Shown here piece by piece: positions 1 through 14,518 of a stretch of DNA of 64,000 bases; position 1 is the first letter of the stretch; every line of letters starts with the position of its first letter. Both the position numbers and the translations under genes were made by a program. This DNA is from Bigelowiella natans CCMP2755. Taxonomy: Eukaryota > Protista > Cercozoa. Location of the stretch: assembly GCA_000320545.1 (NCBI GenBank), contig ADNK01002595.1, forward strand, positions 62,001 to 126,000. Direction: 5' to 3'. A model generated the notes under the pieces. The model had not been told where the DNA came from. It ran no database searches and worked only from the letters and a program-made list of their open reading frames with translations.

Positions 1-9
1 CCACCACAG

Positions 10-1152
10 GAGGGAGGGAGACAAGCGAAAGCGATTGCTGTTGTAGAAGGCGGTCACATAAAGGCGATTCGGCTCACAGACAGAGGCGACGGGTAGCAAA
101 AACTAAATCGATAGATGATTCTCTACATTGATCTGTGTGCAGCATTGTGCTTATACCTCGAAACGACCTCCTCCTCCTCCTCCTCCTCCTCCTCCTCCTC
201 ACACATGCTTGCAGCAGATTAGTAGTATAACGACGATGTACTTAGCACATAGAGATGGACAACAAACAAGCACAGGAGGAAGATATTATATGAATATGCA
301 TGTGTTTTGAATTGCACTAATCTGATGTTTCGCTTCATTTTCTCTCCCCCCGTCTGCATCTACTCTCCTATCCTTTCTTCTTCTTCCTCCTCCTCTTCTT
401 CCTCCTCCTCTTCTCCTTCTTTAGTTATAGTTACAACGAAAAGGTCAGCGTTAAATTGGTGAAGCAGGAGCAAGAGGCGTCATCGTCATCGTCATCATCT
501 TCATCTTCATCTGCCGTTCCCTATGATGAAGCGAGCAGCTCACAAATGAAACAACGAATAAGCAGTAGCACCGATTTTAGACCTGCGACTGTCAAACCGC
601 TGCTAGAATTATGCATCAAAGAGCTGCAGATTGTAGATGGTGGCAGCTCTTACGCAAATGAGCAGGTTGCCAGGAAGGAGGGGAGGGGGGGGAGGGGCGG
701 ACATGGTAGGAAGGATAGATAGCGTCTTAACTCAAGTGCGAGAGAAATAAATTCGTCCTTGATTTTTGCTGTAGGAGTATATCATTTACTTATACGTGTC
801 TTGAAAGCTACTTCTCTATAATTACTACGGTGGCGCTTAAACTTCTTTTCCTCTTCTCCATACACAGGGTGTGTTAGTAAACATTGCATCTCCACAAGAT
901 AGTCTAGGACTGGAGGTTGTTCTTTCCACCCATTCCTTCTCTATTCTTCCTTCTCTCTTCTCCCTTCTCTCTTCTCTGGAACGAGAGGACGATACCGACC
1001 TATTATTGGCATGAATCGTGTCCCAACACGTTATGATGATGATGATGATGACTAGAGTCGTGGATGTGATGTGGCGACTTCAATAAGTACAAGATTTTTT
1101 AAAAGTTAAATAGAAGTAATGCTGCTACTAAAAGCTCATTCTAAACACACGC

Positions 1153-1199
<47 letters not shown>

Positions 1200-1543
1200 A
1201 CATTCCCCTCATCATTATCTGTATTATCATCACAGGACGGTGCTCCGGCTAGAGCTGTTGCGACATTGAAAAAGAGACCAATCAAGAAAACAAGCGGGGA
1301 GACGCTGCCGTATATGCAGCTTCCTTCTTCATCCATCTCCCAGCAATTAACACAGCTTATCCCAGACTCAATCATTCCGTATTTAGATAGTACCTCGGGA
1401 CGCTATGAGGTGAAAGTTCCCTTCGATGACGTGAGCTCCTCTTGGCTTCTTGACAAGTACATTTCGGAATCTAATAGTATATATATATATATATATATAT
1501 TATATAAATATACATAAATATTGTAGTGTACTTATGCGGCTAT

Positions 1544-1607
<64 letters not shown>

Positions 1608-2256
1608 TCTGATATTTCTTTTCAATATTTCTTAGAGAAGCACGTTGTGGCGGGTCGTTGGATCCTGCTTTCGGGTTAGCAAATCGTTGAACAACAAGAA
1701 GAAGAAGAACAACAACAACAACAACAACAACAGCAAATAAAGAATAGTAGTAGTAAAAGAGGAGGAGGAGGAGGAGGAGGAGAAGAGAATCGGCACTTTA
1801 TGTCGCATTTTGTGCGTCTTCCTACGATATATGACACGGCGATCGACGGTAGATGTGAGTTGTGCTGCAGCCAGGCAAAGCTTCGTTTTGTAACGGTTTT
1901 TTCACCGTTATTATTAACTACCACTAATAATAATATTAAGGCCGCGCGGTTGCATGCCTGTGGAGAGGGAAAAGGAGCTCGATGCCCTCGCATATGGGAA
2001 GTTTGCAATAAGCGGTCCTACCTACTGTGTAGCTGCAGCTTGCTGCTGCTGCCTTCATCATCATCATCATCATCATTATCGCCCATTACTTGCTGTGTGG
2101 TGTAGTGCCCAGATAGAATCCTTTTCCGGGTTGTTATGTGCGCTGATATATCAATAAATAAATTGGCATTTGGTGGTGGTTTTTGATGTCACAGGCGCCC
2201 TGTGTGCGGCGGTGTCTCACGCCGTTCTAACCCCATTGGAAGTTGTCAAGACGAAG

Positions 2257-2288
<32 letters not shown>

Positions 2289-2552
2289 TGTACTTTAGGA
2301 TGGCAATGACTCTAGACAACACAAAAGGAGGGGGGGGGTGAGAATATTCGTATGTTATAATAGTGATGATATGCAACCAACTACTTGCTGCTTCTCTCCT
2401 CGTCTCCAGGTACAAATGGAACCCGAGGCGAACGTTGTAGATGTCGTAAAAGGCACGTTTAGCATGGGTCCTGCTGCCCTATTTAGAGGTAGGCGAGAGT
2501 GAGTAATCACAAATACTGATGCGATGTGAGAGTGAGTTCGTGGGATATATTT

Positions 2553-2587
<35 letters not shown>

Positions 2588-2693
2588 AATCACGATGGCG
2601 ATGTACGGAAAGATATCAAGATGTTGGTCTTAACCTCTCTCAATTTGACGACGAATTGGGTGCTTGTCTATGTTGCTCTCCTCCTCCTCCTCG

Positions 2694-2729
<36 letters not shown>

Positions 2730-3584
2730 CTATTATCATCACCATTCTCTCATCCTCCTCCTCCTCTTCTTCTTCTTCTTCTTCTTCTTGCTCCTCAGGC
2801 ATAGGGCCAACAGCAGCTGGATTCTTCGTCGGCGGGTCGATGAGCTTTGGCCTCACCGAGCTTTTCCGTAGGCTTTTTGCTGAGGTCATTAGTAAGATGA
2901 ATGATGATCATGATGATGATGATGATGATGATATATCTCTATATCTTGCTGTCATTCACGCTCTGTCGTTGATACTATAACAACAATAGCTTTCGATCGT
3001 CAATATCGTCCTGTTTGGATAAATTCCCTTAATATTACGGAGTCGTATGCGCGCACATTGAAGTGTATAATATGTGTATCTATCAGACTGTGGGGCCGTC
3101 AAACGCAGTATTATACGAGGTGCCGATTGTAATTTCAGCAAGGTGGTACTTGAAATGTTAGCAGTCAGATTCGCAGTAGCAGAAGTTATGCGGTGAAAAG
3201 AGGAGGAGGAGGAGGAAGAAGAAGACCAGAAAGATGCTCATTACCATTGGGAATGCAGATTGAACACGTCTTTATCATCATCATTATCATCGTCGTCATC
3301 ATTAATTCTCCTCTCTCTGCATCCCCTCCATGATCATCATCACGACAGCATCACCGCAGTTATCTTTGCCTGTATCGGTGTGGTGCCGTTTGAGGCCGTG
3401 CGTATAAAGCTGCAATCCGATGACAATTTTGCTGATGGCCTTGTAGGAGGCTTTAAGCGCCTCTCCGAGGTTGTGTTAGTACTAGTAGTTAGTCGTTGTT
3501 GTTGTTGTAGCAGTGGAATCATCCTTAATTTCGCACATCGATGTAATTGCACCGCTTTGGCTGTTCTTCCAACCATAGAGATTT

Positions 3585-3619
<35 letters not shown>

Positions 3620-4268
3620 TCTCTACTACCTACCTACCGTGTTATCAGGAGTCTGGTATTGTCGGATTCTATGAAGGATTGGGGGCGATTTTATTCAAGG
3701 AGATCCCCTTTGCTTTATGCAAATTCGCTGTGTTTGACGCTGCTTGCTCGCAAATATACGATCGGTAGGTTTTGGTGTTTTCTCCAATATCACACGATCA
3801 TCGTTTTAGGAGGGAGCATGGTGAAAAGGAAATCGGCCAGCGAGAATGTGACAGAAACAGGGATAGATGGATAGATGGATGGTTGGAGAGAGCAAAACCG
3901 ACATGTGGAATGTGATTTGCCCATGCTAGCATGTACACCACAAGAACAGCATAACAACCTGATAATACTGTCGGTGTGTTTGGTGTTACAAAAGGTATCC
4001 TGCTGCACGTGAGGCGCTAACGACGGCTTTGATCGTCTCGGTGATAGGCGGAGCAATATCAGGCGCAGTGTCAGCAGTCGTGTCTCACCCTGCTGATACT
4101 GTGCTGACGACTTTGTACTCTGGTGGAGAGGGCGGAGGGGATGAGAGGGGGGGGGGTGATGATGACGTGGATAGAAGCGATTTGGTAATTGACAATACGA
4201 TCATCCTACTACTACTACTACTACTACTACCATTAGCAGTATTGCAAGTTCTTTTACTTGCTTGTGTT

Positions 4269-4330
<62 letters not shown>

Positions 4331-4648
4331 CGTGTGTGCGTCTCTGTGTGTGTAGTACTTGTAGAACTCAAGAAGTATCGTGGGGGGGGAGAGGGGGCAT
4401 TCTGAAATCTCTTCGTCAGCATATGCTAACGTTGTTCCTTTACACATTGTTCTCAGCTTGCAGCAGTTCGGCGTATCACCGATGAACGCGGCGTCCAAGG
4501 CCTCTTCGCTGGCCTGATTCCCCGCATGATTTTCGCTGCATCACTGCTGGCACTTGAATTCTTGCTGTACGACTACCTGAAAGTGCTCCTGGGCGTGTCG
4601 CCTGACGATCTCGGCCAATATCTTGACGTCCTCGGGACATTTAGATGA
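10..4648 (+). CDS. Mitochondrial carrier family protein, phosphate-carrier-like (SLC25A3/Mir1 group), with long N-terminal extension; multi-exon, 5' end outside window
   Basis: Manually spliced exons give three carrier signature regions: GALCAAVSHAVLTPLEVVKTK (about 2194-2257), VVPFEAVRIKLQ (about 3380-3415) and SHPADTVLT (about 4083-4110). Other carrier segments: GFYEGLGAILFKEIPFALCKFAVFD and GLFAGLIPRMIFAAS...YDYLKVLLG. Stop TGA at 4646-4648. Confidence 0.88.
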
Positions 4649-5420
4649 TAATGAGGAGGAGGAGGAGGAGGAGGAGGATGATAATCCTGGCAATACAGAT
4701 TTACACCACCTACGAACAGCATCCATTCCAACATCTTCGCAGCTCTTGCGGATCGAGCGAATGGCCTGCGACTGGGATGGATAACAATATCGCCTTGCTT
4801 GTCATCATTTCGTTGGTTGACTAATACGGCCACCGAATAAGCAATGACGATTTAATGAATATGATGATTATGATGATGACGATGACGATGATGTAATAAT
4901 AGAGAAAAGCATAGCTGTAAGCGACGGCTGGACGCTCAGTCGCTGTCAATATGCTTAGTACACACACTCATCTATCTACGATAGCTACGTGTGCGTGCCA
5001 TTGTCAATGCATGTCTGGATTCTGTATAACATGTCTCGTACATGTATGTGTACACACACATATATGCACATGTACATATACTCTGCATGTCTACATGCAT
5101 GTACACATAGCAGCTTGTTGGTCGGCACGCATATAGCGGATACTATAATATCTGCGGACGCATTGCATTATTAGTGCGGCAAGTGTTGAAATCATGCTAT
5201 TGCAGTATTTTGCCGTGACATAAGAAATTGTGATTTATTAACAAATAAGTACATACATCTATATATATACAATATGGATGCGTTATGCAGCTGCAGCCTA
5301 GTCGATCGACGTACAGCTGCCATTCGAGGTATCTGTGTTATCACATGCACATGTTGTACGGGTGCTCCCCTATTACTCGCTTCTAGGTGGTTCTATACGT
5401 CCTGTTGTGCATCGCATCAG

Positions 5421-6755
5421 TTACTTCCACGACTTTGCCAGAAGCTCTTTGGGCTTGGCCCTCACCAGCTTTCCATTTTGATAATCCCTATGTATTTATG
5501 AATAACCACGTACCACAGGGGTACGAATTCTTGAGCGTATATAATTAATACAAAAGGTGTGTGGAAAGCAATACCGACATATTTGACCGCTGTGCCGCAT
5601 CAGGACGAATGCTTGGTGTTGTACATTGTTTTTCTTCATCATAGTCATCATCATCATCATCATCCTCATCAATATCACCGGATGCATTCCATGATTTCTT
5701 CCTGCGTGTTCATGACAAACGGTCCGTGCCACGCAACAGGCTCCTTCAACTTCTTTCCAGCGAGAAGCATGAATTTAAGACCCTTGTCTCCCGCAGTGAA
5801 GGATACCGCACCTCCGTCCTATTTGAGAATGTTGTTTGTTTACTATTGCTACTATTGCCAACGCCCTGCTAGTGCTAAGTACTTCTCTGAACGTATCATA
5901 CCTCAGAGAATAGTAGGGTAGATGTCCTCTCAGCTTTCACTTCTGCATCATAACAACAACACAGAGCTAATCAACACATTCCAACCGAAGGAAGAGTACA
6001 ATTTTGCTTCATTTCTCTCCTCCTCCTCCTCCTCCTCCTCCTCTCAGGTTCTGTGCCCCTCATCCATCCTGTGGTGTATCTTTCCTTCCCTTCCTTCTCA
6101 TGCTACTTCTTGCTGCTGCTACATTCTCTCGCTAACATCTCATCACCCTTGGAAGTGAACGTTCCCTCTCCTTCGTAGACGTAGACGATGCACGTTTCCA
6201 TCTCCTAATCAGGGGGTTAGCAATGAAGGGGCTGATTAACGATCGACGATGATGACGATGATGACGACGATGATGATGATGATGACGACGACGATGCTGA
6301 TGATGATGATAGCAGTTCATTTGCCGAGATGATTACAAAGAAAACAAGCCCCCCCCCCCCATCCTTCACAAACACATCTCTGGAGGGACAGAGCAGCGTG
6401 TTAGATGATCCTTACAAGCTGCTTTAAGGCATTAGCGACCTTGGGAATGTTATGCGTGTAGGATGCGTTGGCCTCTAGCATAAACTCAATGTACTGAATC
6501 GGTACCTACGATGATATATCATGTTTGCAAAATCCTGATTTGATTGATCTCTATTTTTCATCAGCAGTGTCATCATCATCACACCATCATCATCACACCA
6601 TCATCATCATCATCATCATCATCATTATTGGAAATTATCATTTGTGTGTATGAGGGGCGGAATACACACCACGGGCTGGATCTTCGCCTTTACGTCTCCC
6701 ACAGTGCCTATCATCACGGTCAAAAACAAATCATCCTTCTACACCATCCTTGCGG

Positions 6756-6796
<41 letters not shown>

Positions 6797-6947
6797 TTAA
6801 AACTTATGCTAATCATCTTATAAGTATTCACCAACCTGCAATAATATTAGCTTGGACACTACCATCCTTATTCCTAGATACATCATTAGCATCAGCATCG
6901 ACAGCAGTAGCAGCAGCACGTGCAATATTCGGTGATATTCTTTCACA

Positions 6948-6986
<39 letters not shown>

Positions 6987-8012
6987 CAAATCTCATAGAT
7001 CACATAATGACAAACAGCCGCAAACAAGAATGCATACATGCGAGTTGTATATTGGTATAGAATCGTGAGAGAAAGTGTTGCTTCTTGCTGCATATATGTG
7101 ATGTACGTGTAGTGCGGTTTCTCCTTGCTTCGGATGGTGCGGTAGGCCGGATCTATCCACTGATCATTGTAGTAATGGTAGTAGTAGTAGTGGTAGAAGA
7201 AGAAGAAGAAATAGAAGCAAAAGATTCACATTTTCAAAGTTTAAACCTAAAAACCTCACAGGAAAAGTTCCTGTACAACATCATAAAGAGCCTGCCTTTG
7301 CGTGTAATAAAAAACTTTGTTATCCCCCCCCCCCCCTCCCCTGCATCCCGATTCTCCATTCCGCAACCTTGTGCTTCTTTGGCAAGTTGATCCACATTTG
7401 GAACCCGTGTAGCTTCCCGCCCGGGTGGTTTCGGCCCTCATCTTTTCGAAATATCAGATGAAAACAACAACAGCAATCAGTGAAAATAGAAGGGAGAGCA
7501 TAAGGGACCATGTATGAAGAGAGAGGGGGGGGGGGGGGGGGGGGAGGAGGGAAAGAGAAGACATGCTGCCTGTGATCTAATAAATCTATAACCATGAATG
7601 ATGCCGCTTCCTGCTGTCATCCACTGACACTAAAGAAAGATCAGTAGCATCAAATCATCATAATCTTGAGCCAGTAAAAGCGGCAAAGAACGCATGTCTT
7701 CGTCGCCATGGAATGACGGCATTATTATTGTTGATAATTTTGTCCTTGCTGATGATGGGAGATTTTATTACGTCTCCAGCGTATAGCGATCCTTTATTCC
7801 CCGTTGAGTCTTGGTGGTCCCCCTGCCCTTCCTTGAGGTACATCACAGTGTCAATTCCTCTGTGGGGATGCCAAGGAGCCCTGATGATGATGATGATGAT
7901 GAAGATGGTGAAGATGATGAAGATGATGGTCATTGTCTTGAACTAGTTATCCGATCTTTCGGGTAGTATTAGTTTTGGTTGTTGTTTGTATTACATAATA
8001 TTATATATGTAT

Positions 8013-8068
<56 letters not shown>

Positions 8069-8700
8069 CCCCCTTCCCTTCTCCCCCCTTGCTACGTGAG
8101 TTGTACGTCGTATTATCTGCTCGTCGTCGTCTCAATTACTACCCTTCAAATTCTCCCTTTCCATACGTTACAGGACCGAGCTCATCGAGCTGAGAGAAGC
8201 ACCCAGGAATGGTGATTTGATAAATCTTGTACATTTCCTCACTTCTCTAGGGATATACAGATGTATACATAACACAATGGGCGGAGGAGACCTACACTAC
8301 CATGAGGAAAGGGTCAGTCGTCGCGGTTGACATCTCGCTGTCTCCGATGGGCCTGGAAACGAGTGAATTTGGTATTAAATTGATGCTATGCGTGGAAGTA
8401 AGCAGAAGAAGACATCAGAAGATCGAGAATTTAGTCTTGTAGATTAGTCTGGCTACTAATCGATGACCTGTGAATTGTGAATCCAGCTCCCTCCTTGCGG
8501 GTAACAGCCTTTTATACAACATTTGCCAGAGGCAGGGGGAAAGAGAATAATGCATATTTGCACACGTAGATATACACGTACATATACATATACAATATGC
8601 ATCGTGTGTGTATTTAAGAGTACCTTGAATGTCTTCACCACGGTTCTTTCCTCCACGTTTCCCTGTCCTCCGCTCTTTGACTCTACTCTACTCATACTAC
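5421..8700 (-). CDS. Pirin family (cupin) protein; multi-exon
   Basis: Exons encode EGAGFTIHR-PIG, DPFLM-LDELGP, APWHPHRGIDTVMYLKEG..HQDSTGNKG, VQWMTAGSGIIH-DEG, LHGFQMWINLPKKHK and EPVAWHGPFVMNTQEEIMECIR-DYQNGKL, all classic pirin motifs. Stop at 5421-5423. Start codon unresolved (about 8695 or upstream to about 8940). Confidence 0.93.
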
Positions 8701-9211
8701 AGCTTCCTTCTTCAGACGCCTGGCAAGAAGATAATAGGAGCACTCCGATAAAGTAAAGATTGTGTAACGTCCTGGCTTTACGCTCTTAGCGTCGTCTGCG
8801 CTCGCGCGTTCGTCTTGGAAATGGTGTGCCTCCTGAGTTGTGGAGGGGTGGGTGGGTTGTTCCCTAGGTTCCGAGTTGTGAGCATACCAGAGTAAGAGCA
8901 CGATTATCACCACTTAGATATGTCTTAAAATCAACAGTCATCTAGCCAATATGTTCCATAAAAATACCCACATGTATCCACTGCGACAACGATGAACCGC
9001 CTGGCGCGTAATAAAAAACAACTCACTCCCCGTGCATCTCATCTGGGCACGAAACTCAGATGATCGAGCCTAATATTTGGCTCACCCGTGGTTGTCGCAC
9101 ACGTGAAATACCATGCGATTATATCTTAAATGATGAGCTGCCGTTCGAGTACCAGTAACTGAAGACTGAAGGCGATTGTCGCGTAGACAGCCATAGAGCA
9201 AATCCAGCGAA

Positions 9212-9269
9212 GAACAACAGCAAACACCACAGAGAGGAGGGAACAACAGCAAACACCACAGAGAGGAGG
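9212..9269 (+). repeat. Perfect 29-bp tandem duplication (GAACAACAGCAAACACCACAGAGAGGAGG x2) upstream of the U-box gene
   Basis: Two adjacent identical copies read directly at 9212-9240 and 9241-9269. Confidence 0.9.
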
Positions 9270-9376
9270 AGGAGGAGCAGGATGGTGTTCGAATCAAACT
9301 CTCAACGAAGGAGAGGGGCGGGCTAGCTGCTGGAATAGCGTTTGACATACGCACCAAACCGAATATTTAAGGGCAA

Positions 9377-10902
9377 TGGCAACGAAAATAGAGGTATTGC
9401 TACTACTACCACACCACCACTGAAGAGAGGACCGTTTGCAGATGCTGATGTATTCGGGTATTCTCTTCTGTACAGGGCTATCGATGTGCGATCACGCAGT
9501 TGATCATGGAGAATCCAGCGGTTGCTGCTGGTACGATGCGATTTTAATCTATTGCTCTCGTTGTCCGGCTGTTGGCTTCATTTTGACAGAATAGCTGTGC
9601 GAAGTATATCCACATACTTACTCATACCGTGTCGCACTAATATCGCCGATGAATTAGATGGATTCTGCTATGAATGGAATGAGATCGAACGGTGGCTTCG
9701 CACCCATGATAGGTTGTTCCAGAGTATATCTGTCGTGATTCGTAAATGACAAATTTTGTAAACATGGAAGAATAAGCATACCGTCCTCAGGTCCCCTATG
9801 ACGAACATGGCCCTTCCACACAAATTCCTAAACCCGAACCGCAGCTTAAAGACTCAAATACAGGTAAAATTTGCACACAGTCTAGAAATATGTCATTGGG
9901 TAATTATGGTTGACGCTGAGGGGAAATGACGTTCTTTTTTACGACGAACAGGAGTATTTAGCTAAGCACCCGGAACTTTACAGCAAAGGTGCGGCATTAT
10001 GATGTTGCGAAATATACCTCACTGATTTTATCATCATACATTCTTCATGTTAACGTGCGTGTTGTTATCAAAGGAGAGGTTTATATCAGTCAAGAGCAAC
10101 AGGTAAATCCATATTACACAACTGTGCCCTATTGCCCTTCCTTTTTTTCTTTGTGTGTTGTGGTTTCAGTGAGAATTATTTACGTCTGAATTCTTTCTCC
10201 TCCCCTCTGCTACGCTGTCTCGTTGTTTATTTAGCTTCGGTTTCGCGCGGAGTTGTTGGATTTAGTCCGCAAAGATGACATTAAGGTGGAAGTAGAATAA
10301 GTAGAAACGACACAAGTTGATGAGATTCACAATGATCTATGGACGCAAGAATAGATGCCACGCAGTATATACACTGAACACTCAACATGACTGAAATTCT
10401 CCATCCTGGCTCTCCTTCGCCTCATTTGTAGGGTCTCCCTTTGCGCTTGATCAAAGCAAATGTCGCCGCACCCTATAACACATCGTATTTTGATGAAGAT
10501 GACATAAAGAACGGCGAAGACGAGGGAAGGGAGACAGGACTAACTCATCCTTCCCCGGCACAAAATGACAGACTACTGCATTTTGCTGCACGTTGTGGCG
10601 CTGTCAAAACTGTATCGTATCTGCTGGAGCAACGGTAGCGAACGCAGCATGTGTGCGCAGAAGAAATGTTTGATAATACTCTATTTCTAAGGAAAACATC
10701 TACTACTTCTGAAGTGAAACTTGTTGCGCGACACACGATACTCCCTTCGTTCTTATGGCGTCCATTTATCTAATCGGGTGGTGTGTGTCTTATTTTCTGT
10801 CTTTTCCATCAATGTCAGTGCAAGCCTTGCGGTGCAGAATGTATACGCAGAGACACCGCTGCACTCTGTCCTCCGTGGCACAACAGATGACGATTTAGCG
10901 CT

Positions 10903-10950
<48 letters not shown>

Positions 10951-11354
10951 ATGTGTGTGTGTGTACAGTGTGCTTGGGTTTGTACTTTACACGTAAATAT
11001 GTGTTGGCATACTTGTGAGCTTGCATGTATCATGCCTACCTGATTGATGTGCTGTTATACTTGCAGAGATGTTACACAGTATGCGACGATCAATGAACCG
11101 GTATCCTGAGTCTCACGTACCAGCATCAACTTCATCACCATGTATTACTACTCCTACTACTATTACTACAACTACTACAACAACAACTGCTGCTGCTACT
11201 ACTACTACTACTTTGCTACGAGGAATAGAATAGAAATTCCAATATCTCCTTCCTTATTGAGCAGATATAGATGTAGCGTGGCCCTGCAATACGCATCTTT
11301 GCATCAACGATAGTATGTCTCGGTATTAGGAGACTGTTTTATGTTGTGCTGGTG

Positions 11355-11394
<40 letters not shown>

Positions 11395-12830
11395 TATTAT
11401 GTGTGTGTGTGTTTATGTGGGCTGATCTTGCAGTGCTAACGACATTGAAGGACAAGAGGCTGCCATCTGCACACACCACTGACATCTGGGAAGACTCTTC
11501 GTCATCACCAAAGAAGCAGAGTATAATACAAAAGGAGGGGGATATAGATCTCGAAGAAGATGATGCGTCTTTCTCTAAGATAAACGATATCAGCCTTAAA
11601 AACCATCTGGGGAGGGAGGAGGAGCAAAATGGGGAGGGAGAAACGAAGCAAGATCTTGCAAGTACAGCAGATACGATCTCTTCTGCTGCAGGACGGAAGA
11701 TGGCTAGTGATATGTATCCCATCCTTGCTCCTCCTCAACGTCATCAGGTGTGCATATATAGTCGTACTATCAAGACATATACAATAGCATTTCGGATACT
11801 ACAATGATGCTAATGACTATATTCTCCTTCCCACCTCTTTTCTGTCGGCATTGCATCTCGGCGTTGTTATCATATCAACCTCATGATGAAGTCTTTCTCT
11901 CACAACTACTCTAGGATGCTCCTAGTGCACCGCCGTTGCTCGTTCCTGCATTCAGCGATTATGGAAACGATAGCGAGGGCAATGAGAAGGATAGCACTAA
12001 GGACAATGTACCACTATCTCCCCCCAGTCGCAACCCCTTCCATCAGCCCTTCAGTGATTTGTACTCTTCGTCATCATCGAAGCTGGTTTTGTCAGAAGTG
12101 TCACCGATATCTGTAAGTGCTATGCTTCTCAACGCAAAGGATAACAGTGGCCTCACGGTGCTGCATCTTGCTGCCAAATCCACCTTTAAGGTACTTAAAT
12201 AGGAAGGTTTTTCGTCGTATAAACAACAATGCTTTCAGTTACTACATATCTCTTTCATTCCTTCCAGCATAAGCGCCAGCAGCTGTCGGGTATGATCAAG
12301 TGTCTGCAGTTCCTACTGAATGAACCCACATGCGACGTGCATGTGCAGGATGCAAATGGTGGTTGATATATAATTATATCTATATATATATATATATATA
12401 TATATTTAAGCAATATGGCGCTTGAGGGGGGTTGGGAAGGAAGAGAAAAGATAAGATATATGCTGAATTGTCGGTAGGTAAGTTTCGTCGATGATGCACG
12501 GCATTGACGATAGTAGGTGTAACTAACACGCACTACTACTTTTTATGCAGGCTGTACAGCGCTACATCTGTCTGTCGAGGCTGGTAGATGATATATCTTC
12601 ACGCATATCTTGCGTGTAGACACTACCGCAACCACTACTGCACATACACAAATACTATAGATTTGTTCATAAATTCAAGTGAGATGCTGATACATTACCA
12701 CTAACACGTATTCCGTACTTCTACTACTACTCTCTTCAGGAAACAAACATGCAGTCGAAATGCTTCTGGAATCAAACTCAGATCCGTCAGCACGTAATCG
12801 GTAAAGTGAAGCGGATTATATCTCACCCTG

Positions 12831-12869
<39 letters not shown>

Positions 12870-13464
12870 TATGTATATAAATATGTTTAATTATTTAATT
12901 CTCACTGGACATTTGATACCTTTCAAAGGGAAGGTAGGACAGCGTTTGATGTGTGCAAAGGGGTCGGAGGAGTGGATGAGGAATGGTTCCAAGAGGCGGT
13001 GCTGAGGGTGGTAATCATGCGTTTCGGAAGAAAATAAAAAAAGAAACGATGAGTAAGAAAATAAAATAAGATGAATAGGGCTAAGGATACTCAACGTGCA
13101 TGTGGTATTCAACCTAATCTCCTCTCTAATGCAGAGGAAAGCGCGGCTCGAGAAAAGTGGAGGGTCCGATGCTGCAACGATGATCTTAGAGCTCAAGGTA
13201 GATGCTTCCATCTGAGTCTATTATTTCTTCCTTTCTTTCTAAATATTAGCCGACATTTTATGTAAATTACTGGATCTCATACTTGTTAATCGGTGGTGAA
13301 GGGACAAGTCGAGGCGATACAAAGGCAGATGCAACGCCAACAGACTCAGCATGATCGTACACTCAATACTGTAGTTACCCCTCACTATATATGTACATTG
13401 ATAAGAAGATCAATGACTCAAGTTTTAATAAATGCTGTTCAACCATTGGCTCCTTTTTGTCTCC

Positions 13465-13508
<44 letters not shown>

Positions 13509-14164
13509 CTCTCTCTCTTCCCTCAGACATGCACAGATTCTTCCACATTCGCTTTACTAAAATGATATAGCAAATACGAATGGAAGCGAGTACATGTAGC
13601 TGTCATCATCGCTCACACCTTTGTTGCACCAAAGGCTATACAGAGGATTCGCTGCTTAGAAATCGGTCATGCGGATCTATACCGCGACAACCAAAGACTA
13701 AAGACCTCTATCGTTATCGCTCAGAACACGATACGGAGGTAATGTGAAGTACTTGGAAATATACGAAGAAATCCCTTCTTGCAGGATACAATATATTCTA
13801 AAGACAGGATGCACAGATTAGAATATGCAACCTTGATTGAATATAATAGGGCGCAGCCGAGGGAGCAAAAGCGAATCCAGAGCGCGGAAAGGAGATTTCA
13901 AAAGGCGCTCCGTGCGAGCAAAGACCGGGTGAGGCTGACACAAGGAGGAGGGGTCTCGTTTAAGAGGGTGGGGGTGGGGTTATGAAACGCTATCTTTCGA
14001 TGCATGGCACTTTTCTTCGTTTATCATTTTGTAAATTTTCTCTGATTATAACAGGATGGAAAGGAGAAAGACCCTGTAGCTGCGTACAAGGGATTCAAAC
14101 AGGCAGCAGCCGATGGACATACGCGTAGCATGTGAGCAGCATCATAAATAAAACGCGAGTTCCT

Positions 14165-14200
<36 letters not shown>

Positions 14201-14481
14201 CCCATATGATCACGAATCTTGGTGTTCTTCTGCATCAATAGGTACCATCTCGCCATCTGCTACGAAAATGGATTCGGTATTAGGAAGGACATGTCAAAGG
14301 TCGATTTTCATGAAGGGGATGAAGATCATTGAGGGGGGGGGTGGATGATTACACACCAATTCCTATCTCTTTCCAGGCATTTAAGTGGTACGAAATGGCC
14401 GCGCTTCAGGGAAACTTCAGAGCGCAAACAGAGGTGCACCCGATGATTTGACGAGAGAGAAGGCTTGTGTTGATGCATGCA

Positions 14482-14518
<37 letters not shown>

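Noticed and set aside
8692-8913. Signal peptide or glutaredoxin-like reading upstream of pirin (YTIFTLSECSYY)
   Set aside because: No CxxC or CxxS motif, the ORF begins at a non-ATG codon, and the segment probably spans intron sequence.
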